53,554 bases of DNA, taken from Octopus bimaculoides. Lineage: Eukaryota. The DNA lies in assembly GCF_001194135.2 (NCBI RefSeq), contig NC_068982.1, positions 170,527,001 to 170,580,554 on the forward strand, written 5' to 3'. The translations under genes were made by a program, and so were the position numbers. This document shows positions 50,144 through 53,554 of the stretch, piece after piece. The notes under the pieces were generated by a model. That model was not told the DNA's origin and ran no database searches. It saw only the letters and a program-made list of their open reading frames with translations. Numbering within the stretch: position 1 is the first letter of the stretch; each line of letters opens with the position of its first letter.

Positions 50144-50900
50144 AATATATGCACAGGGTTGTGTGTGTATGCTTATATATATTCTTTTGACATATTCCTT
50201 TCACGTACCTCTTTAACAGATTCAGTTTGACATATTGCAACAAGGTTGTGCGGATAAATTATAATTACAGTCTACGAAAATACAAGTAGAAATTCTATGA
50301 TTGAGACGAAAGTATTTTAGATGTCACCTCATGGTTGCAATGAGAAAGGCTTAACTGCTATTTTAAATGCATAGGAATATACACGCATGCACACGAATGC
50401 TACACACAAGCATGCCCACACATACATATGTAAAATATATTTAGATATTTATTATTGAAATTTTATATACTTACATGGAATGATATTTTTCTTTAATTAG
50501 CTCAATCATTAGAATCTAACAACCAAACAAACATGCAGAATAACGTACGTACGCAAACACTCCATTCTTCCCGTTGACAGCATAAGCAATTTTTATTCGG
50601 AGTCTATTTTCGCATGTATGATATTGTTGAGGTTAACAAACGGTGCGTTTATTAAATTCATGACAAGAATAGGCACTGAAATTGAAAGGCAAAAATAAGG
50701 ACTAAAAAGAGGAGTAAATAAAAAAAAATATTACACTGAGTTTCATGTTTTAATTTAGGCTATAGTTAAGAAATTGGAAACATTTCTTATTTTCATATTT
50801 AAAAATTAGTTCGCAAATTTTATTGTGTGTGTGAGTATGTGTGTGCGTGCGCGCACGTATACATACTTATATATATATATACATTTATATATATATTTTT

Positions 50901-51028
50901 TACTCTTTTGTTTCAGTCATTTGACTACGACCATGCTGGAGCACCACCTTTAGTCGAGCAAATCGACCCCAAAACTTATTCTTTGTAAGCCTAGTACTTA
51001 TTCTATCGCTCTCTCTTGATGCAAGACG
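50901..51028 (-). mobile_element. 3' part of SINE family B
   Basis: tgtttcagtcatttgactacgaccatgctggagcaccacctttagtcgagcaaatcgacccc...ttctttgtaagcctagtacttattctatcg. Confidence 0.8.
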
Positions 51029-51112
51029 TTTAAACACAAACTACAGTTCTCCGCTCTACCACCTGAGATATGCATATATATGTATCCATATACGTGCATA
51101 CGTTACTACAAA

Positions 51113-51271
51113 GGCAGTGCTATGTGGTAAGAAATTTCATTCTCAACCATATCGTTCCAGATTCAGACTCACTGCGTGGCATCTTAGCCTCGTGTCTTCT
51201 TCTATAGCGTCGGAGCGACCAAGACCTTGTGAATGGATTTGGTTGACGGAATCTGAAAGCAGTTTGTCGTA
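51113..51271 (+). mobile_element. 5' half of SINE family B, interrupted by the mariner
   Basis: tRNA-like head gctatgtggtaag...gattcagactcactgcgtggcatctt, core to gaaagcagtttgtcgta; the microsatellite resumes at 52077. Confidence 0.7.
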
Positions 51272-52076
51272 TACGACGTGCAGTTCAAAAGTATTCGACT
51301 TATGGCGAAAAAACAAGTAATATTAAAAACTCACCGTTTTGATTTAGTCTCCTTCAAATTATTTGCCTTAGAAGTCTATACACTTCTGCCACTGCTGTAA
51401 ACATTTCTGGAAAACACTTTTTGGGATGCTGTAGAGCTGTGCCATCGAATTTTGCTTAATGTCCTCTCTTGACTGAAATCTTCTGCTCTTGAGTGTTTTC
51501 TTAGTCTTGGGAATAGCCGAAATTCACACGGAGCCAAGTCTGGGGAGTACGAAGCCTGACGAAAAAGTGATGTGTTTTACGTGACGAAAAATGCTTCGAC
51601 GACGTGGACGGAATGAGCGGGTGTGTTGTCATGGTGGAGTTGTCAGTTCTTTGCTGCCCAGCTTTGGCAACAGTCATCTCAATAGTCACACGACGGTCGT
51701 CATAGAATATTCCTCGAACTTTTGCAATTATTTTGTCGTTTCTGCTAGTCGGTGGTCTGCTACAATGTGAATCACAGTCCTCTGAGGAGCGGCCATCTTT
51801 GAATCCGTTGTACCACTCCGTTATTTGTGTTTTTCCCATAGCATCATCTCCAAAGGTATTCTAAATTTTTTCGATGGTCCGGGCTTGTGAATCACCAAAT
51901 GTTTGGCATAATTTTATACAATACCTTTGCTCAATACACTCAGTCATCTGGAGACGAAAGTTTTTGCGCATGCTCAGGAAGGACGGGGCCACCTAATGCC
52001 CATGCGGATTTTGCTCACGTATTATTGTTTTGTGCAAAAAAAATCAAGGTCTGATACTTTTTGACTACACTTTGCA
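51272..52076 (-). mobile_element. Mariner-family DNA transposon, internally deleted and non-autonomous
   Basis: Transposase relic 51947..51344: MTECIEQRYCIK...EWYNGFKDGR...RRVTI fused to QLHHDN...YSPDLAPCEFRLFP...FEGD*. Imperfect ~30-bp TIRs tacgacgtgcagttcaaaagtattcgactt and (reverse complement) tgcaaagtgtagtcaaaaagtatcagacct. Confidence 0.9.
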
Positions 52077-52114
52077 TCTGTGTGTGTGCATATATGTATA
52101 TATAAATATGTATA

Positions 52115-52151
<37 letters not shown>

Positions 52152-52913
52152 NNNNNNNNNNNNNNNNNNNNNNNNNNNNNNNNNNNNNNNNNNNNNNNNN
52201 NNNNNNNNNNNNNNNNNNNNNNNNNNNNNNNNNNNNNNNNNNNNNNNNNNNNNNNNNNNNNNNNNNNNNNNNNNNNNNNNNNNNNNNNNNNNNNNNNNNN
52301 NNNNNNNNNNNNNNNNNNNNNNNNNNNNNNNNNNNNNNNNNNNNNNNNNNNNNNNNNNNNNNNNNNNNNNNNNNNNNNNNNNNNNNNNNNNNNNNNNNNN
52401 NNNNNNNNNNNNNNNNNNNNNNNNNNNNNNNNNNNNNNNNNNNNNNNNNNNNNNNNNNNNNNNNNNNNNNNNNNNNNNNNNNNNNNNNNNNNNNNNNNNN
52501 NNNNNNNNNNNNNNNNNNNNNNNNNNNNNNNNNNNNNNNNNNNNNNNNNNNNNNNNNNNNNNNNNNNNNNNNNNNNNNNNNNNNNNNNNNNNNNNNNNNN
52601 NNNNNNNNNNNNNNNNNNNNNNNNNNNNNNNNNNNNNNNNNNNNNNNNNNNNNNNNNNNNNNNNNNNNNNNNNNNNNNNNNNNNNNNNNNNNNNNNNNNN
52701 NNNNNNNNNNNNNNNNNNNNNNNNNNNNNNNNNNNNNNNNNNNNNNNNNNNNNNNNNNNNNNNNNNNNNNNNNNNNNNNNNNNNNNNNNNNNNNNNNNNN
52801 NNNNNNNNNNNNNNNNNNNNNNNNNNNNNNNNNNNNNNNNNNNNNNNNNNNNNNNNNNNNNNNNNNNNNNNNNNNNNNNNNNNNNNNNNNNNNNNNNNNN
52901 NNNNNNNNNNNNN
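52152..52913. other. Largest assembly gap (N-run). Others: 11153-11161, 16208-16631, 17686-17698, 19563-20101, 21151-21295, 32467-32779, 36144-36255, 37845-37854, 46719-47082
   Basis: N runs read directly, each flanked by (TA)n, (CA)n, (CT)n or (ATC)n-type repeats. Confidence 1.
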
Positions 52914-52951
<38 letters not shown>

Positions 52952-53554
52952 CATATATATATATAACTTAGAGGTAACGTTAACATGATAAATAAATATA
53001 AAAAAATATAATGATTGCTCACATTTACAAGAATATCAGGCTTTACATTTTGCTGACCTTCATCTTTAACTCATGGAATCAGTTGCAGCAGAGTTGAAGT
53101 AGTCCAGAATTTCATATACGAAAAGCAATTTTTACATTTGATGCCTTCGGGTTAAAAAGAATGTGATGTGGTACAATCTAAATCTATTTCGCTGAGTGTT
53201 ATTTAAATAAATCTCTTTACCTCGCGTTGCATAGAATAGGAATGATTCTTACTAGATACCAAATAAAGCTTCACAACTTTTGTTTAGGAAAAATAACACA
53301 TGGGCAGCAAGTGATGCTTTTACGTTTTATGTTGCTTTATTGATGAGTACCTAATGAATTACAGTTAGAAATGTTACATTTTGTTTTTCTTTTTTAGAAG
53401 TAAAGAAAATAGGATCACGGTCAAAGCATTATTTATCCACCAATGTGCAACTTCTAACTTCTTCGATATCTAGATCAGGCATATATATATATACATATAT
53501 ATGTCTTTGGATATATATGTGTACATATGTATATTTGTATATATATATATATAT

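Overview
AT-rich, microsatellite-saturated eukaryotic non-coding DNA with 10 N-gaps. The repeat families resemble those of a coleoid cephalopod such as Octopus; that assignment is inference from recognising the repeats, not a database result. I cannot support any host protein-coding gene, rRNA, tRNA gene or CRISPR array. Nearly all ORF-track entries are microsatellite, gap or antisense-of-TE artefacts. Real coding signal is confined to transposon relics. These are: four pieces of R4/Dong-clade RLE-type non-LTR retrotransposons (1-273 +, 328-458 +, 13131-13708 -, 13751-15856 -); an internally deleted mariner (51272-52076 -); and a stop-free 630-bp fragment (12450-13082 -) that joins a Ulp1/C48-like cysteine-protease half-domain to a Penelope-like N-terminal motif. 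The 12.4-16.1 kb region is a train of different retroelement pieces threaded on one TAA microsatellite. Other notable structure: a ~475-bp foldback palindrome with an abutting perfect hairpin (9955-10471); a 5x in-frame 60-bp expansion at an RT catalytic motif (15292-15591); hammerhead-ribozyme-like cores (32832-32985); and an unresolved ~2-kb GC-rich insert with structured 100-nt repeats (39180-41165). Many tRNA-derived SINE copies are scattered throughout.
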